Assembly (NCBI RefSeq): GCF_044704955.1
Contig: NC_092007.1
Span: forward strand, 10,292,001 to 10,356,000
DNA length: 64,000 nucleotides
DNA from: Pristiophorus japonicus
Taxonomy: Eukaryota
Reading direction: 5' to 3'
The notes under the pieces are model-generated. The model made no database searches. It saw only the letters and a list, made by a program, of their open reading frames with translations, and was not told the DNA's origin. Positions within the stretch are counted from its first letter, which is position 1; each line of letters opens with the position of its first letter. Below, piece by piece: positions 60,901 to 64,000 of this stretch. Made by a program: the position numbers and the translations under genes.

Positions 60901-63900
60901 CTGGCTCACTCCCGGCCCAATACACTCTGCACTAGCTCACTCCTGGCTCACTCCCGGCCCAATACACTCTGCACTAGCTCACTCCCGGCCCAATACACTC
61001 TGCACTGGCTCATTCCCGGCCCAATACACTCTGCACTGGCTCACTCCCGGCCCAATACACTCTGCAGTGGCTCATTCCCGGCCCAATACACTCTGCACTG
61101 GCTCACTCCCGGCCCAATACACTCTGCACTGGCTCACTCCCGGCCCAATACACTCTGCACTGGCTCACTCCCGGCCCAATACACTCTGCACTGGCTCACT
61201 CCCGGCCCAATACACTCTGCACTGGCTCACTCCCGGCCCAATACACTCTGCACTGGCTCACTCCCGGCCCAATACACTCTGCACTGGCTCACTCCCAGCC
61301 CAATACACTCTGCACTGGCTCACTCCCGGCCCAATACACTCTGCACTAGCTCACTCCCGGCCAAATACACTCTGCACTGGCTCACTCCCGGCACAACACA
61401 CTCTGCACTGGCTCACTCCCGGCACAATACACTCTGCACTGGCTCACTCCCGGCCCAATACACTCTGCACTGGCTCACTCCCGGCCCAATACACTCTGCA
61501 CTGGCTCACTCCCGGCACAATACACTCTGCACTGGCTCACTCCCGGCGTAATACACTCTGCACTAGCTCACTCCCGGCCCAATACACTCTGCACTGGCTC
61601 ACTCCCGGCCCAATACACTCTGCACTAGCTCACTCCCGGCCCAATACACTCTGCACTGGCTCACTCCCGGCCCAATACACTCTGCACTGGCTCACTCCCG
61701 GGCCAATACACTCTGCACTGGCTCACTCCCGGCCCAATACACTCTGCACTGGCTCACTCCCGGCCCAATACACTCTGCACTAGCTCACTCCCGGCACAAT
61801 ACACTCTGCACTGGCACACTCCCGGCCCAATACACTCTGCACTAGCTCACTCCCGGGCCAATACACTCTGCACTGGCTCACTCCCGGCACAATACACTCT
61901 GCACTAGCTCACTCCCGGCCCAATACACTCTGCACTGGCTCACTCCCGGCCCAATACACTCTGCACTGGCTCACTCCCGGCCCAATACACTCTGCACTGG
62001 CTCACTCCCGGCCCAATACACTCTGCACTGGCTCACTCCCGGCACAATACACTCTGCACTAGCTCACTCCCGGCCCAATACACTCTGCACTGGCTCACTC
62101 CCGGCCCAACACACTCTGCACTGGCTCACTCCCGGCATAATACACTCTGCACTGGCTCACTCCCAGCCCAATACACTCTGCACTGGCTCACTCCCAGCGT
62201 AATACACTCTGCACTGGCTCACTCCCAGCGTAATACACTTTGCAGTGGCTCACTCCCGGCCCAATACACTCTGCACTGGCTCACTCCCGGCCCAATACAC
62301 TCTGCACTGGCTCACTCCCGGCACAATACACTCTGCACTGGCTCACTCCCAGCGTAATACACTCTGCACTGGCTCACTCCCGGCCCAATACACTCTGCAC
62401 TGGCTCACTCCCGGCCCAATACACTCTGCACTGGCTCACTCCCGGCCCAATACACTCTGCACTGGCTCACTCCTGGCTCACTCCCGGCCCAATACACTCT
62501 GCACTAGCTCACTCCTGGCTCACTCCCGGCCCAATACACTCTGCACTAGCTCACTCCCGGCCCAATACACTCTGCACTGGCTCATTCCCGGCCCAATACA
62601 CTCTGCACTGGCTCACTCCCGGCCCAATACACTCTGCAGTGGCTCATTCCCGGCCCAATACACTCTGCACTGGCTCACTCCCGGCCCAATACACTCTGCA
62701 CTGGCTCACTCCCGGCCCAATACACTCTGCACTGGCTCACTCCCGGCCCAATACACTCTGCACTGGCTCACTCCCGGCCCAATACACTCTGCACTGGCTC
62801 ACTCCCGGCCCAATGCACTCTGCACTGGCTCACTCCCGGCCCAATACACTCTGCACTGGCTCACTCCCAGCCCAATACACTCTGCACTGGCTCACTCCCG
62901 GCCCAATACACTCTGCACTAGCTCACTCCCGGCCAAATACACTCTGCACTGGCTCACTCCCGGCACAACACACTCTGCACTGGCTCACTCCCGGCACAAT
63001 ACACTCTGCACTGGCTCACTCCCGGCCCAATACACTCTGCACTGGCTCACTCCCGGCCCAATACACTCTGCACTGGCTCACTCCCGGCACAATACACTCT
63101 GCACTGGCTCACTCCCGGCGTAATACACTCTGCACTAGCTCACTCCCGGCCCAATACACTCTGCACTGGCTCACTCCCGGCCCAATACACTCTGCACTAG
63201 CTCACTCCCGGCCCAATACACTCTGCACTGGCTCACTCCCGGCCCAATACACTCTGCACTGGCTCACTCCCGGGCCAATACACTCTGCACTGGCTCACTC
63301 CCGGCCCAATACACTCTGCACTGGCTCACTCCCGGCCCAATACACTCTGCACTAGCTCACTCCCGGCACAATACACTCTGCACTGGCACACTCCCGGCCC
63401 AATACACTCTGCACTAGCTCACTCCCGGGCCAATACACTCTGCACTGGCTCACTCCCGGCACAATACACTCTGCACTAGCTCACTCCCGGCCCAATACAC
63501 TCTGCACTGGCTCACTCCCGGCCCAATACACTCTGCACTGGCTCACTCCCGGCCCAATACACTCTGCACTGGCTCACTCCCGGCCCAATACACTCTGCAC
63601 TGGCTCACTCCCGGCACAATACACTCTGCACTAGCTCACTCCCGGCCCAATACACTCTGCACTGGCTCACTCCCGGCCCAACACACTCTGCACTGGCTCA
63701 CTCCCGGCATAATACACTCTGCACTGGCTCACTCCCAGCCCAATACACTCTGCACTGGCTCACTCCCAGCGTAATACACTCTGCACTGGCTCACTCCCAG
63801 CGTAATACACTTTGCAGTGGCTCACTCCCGGCCCAATACACTCTGCACTGGCTCACTCCCGGCCCAATACACTCTGCACTGGCTCACTCCCGGCACAATA

Positions 63901-64000
63901 CACTCTGCACTGGCTCACTCCCAGCGTAATACACTCTGCACTGGCTCACTCCCGGCCCAATACATTCTGCACTGGCTCACTCCCGGCCCAATACACTCTG
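60901..64000. repeat. 31-bp satellite with a 1572-bp higher-order repeat
   Basis: Order of variant units from 60901 recurs from 62473; ORF ends 61783 and 63355 differ by 1572. Confidence 0.93.

Overview
Repeat-dense vertebrate genomic DNA, most likely a cartilaginous fish (inferred from the CR1/RTE/Deu-type SINE content). Left to right: a decayed Harbinger transposase fused to a 5'-truncated Gypsy (Mag-like) element (1-5025); many RTE and CR1 LINE fragments, several nested with readable target-site duplications; a + strand B7/butyrophilin-type Ig gene read by hand (leader, V1, linker, V2, TM, tail; 19808-32971) with an in-frame TAG at the end of the TM segment and no clean first exon on its own strand. 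That gene lies between two long inverted repeats (about 10115-15986 and 38803-42010), and a phase-compatible ATG exon with a palindromic GC-box/AP-1 promoter sits on the opposite strand at about 46.2-46.4 kb. The right third is a 30/31-bp satellite containing a CR1 and a 7.5-kb class I (epsilon-like) endogenous retrovirus (53398-60900). Its 550-bp LTRs look identical by eye, but capsid, RT core, integrase core and most of SU are deleted; it retains a protease-linked 2H-phosphodiesterase-like domain and a Gag-paralogous segment in its long leader. All alignments were done by eye; N runs at 17.3-18.3 kb and 42.3-44.8 kb limit conclusions about orientation.
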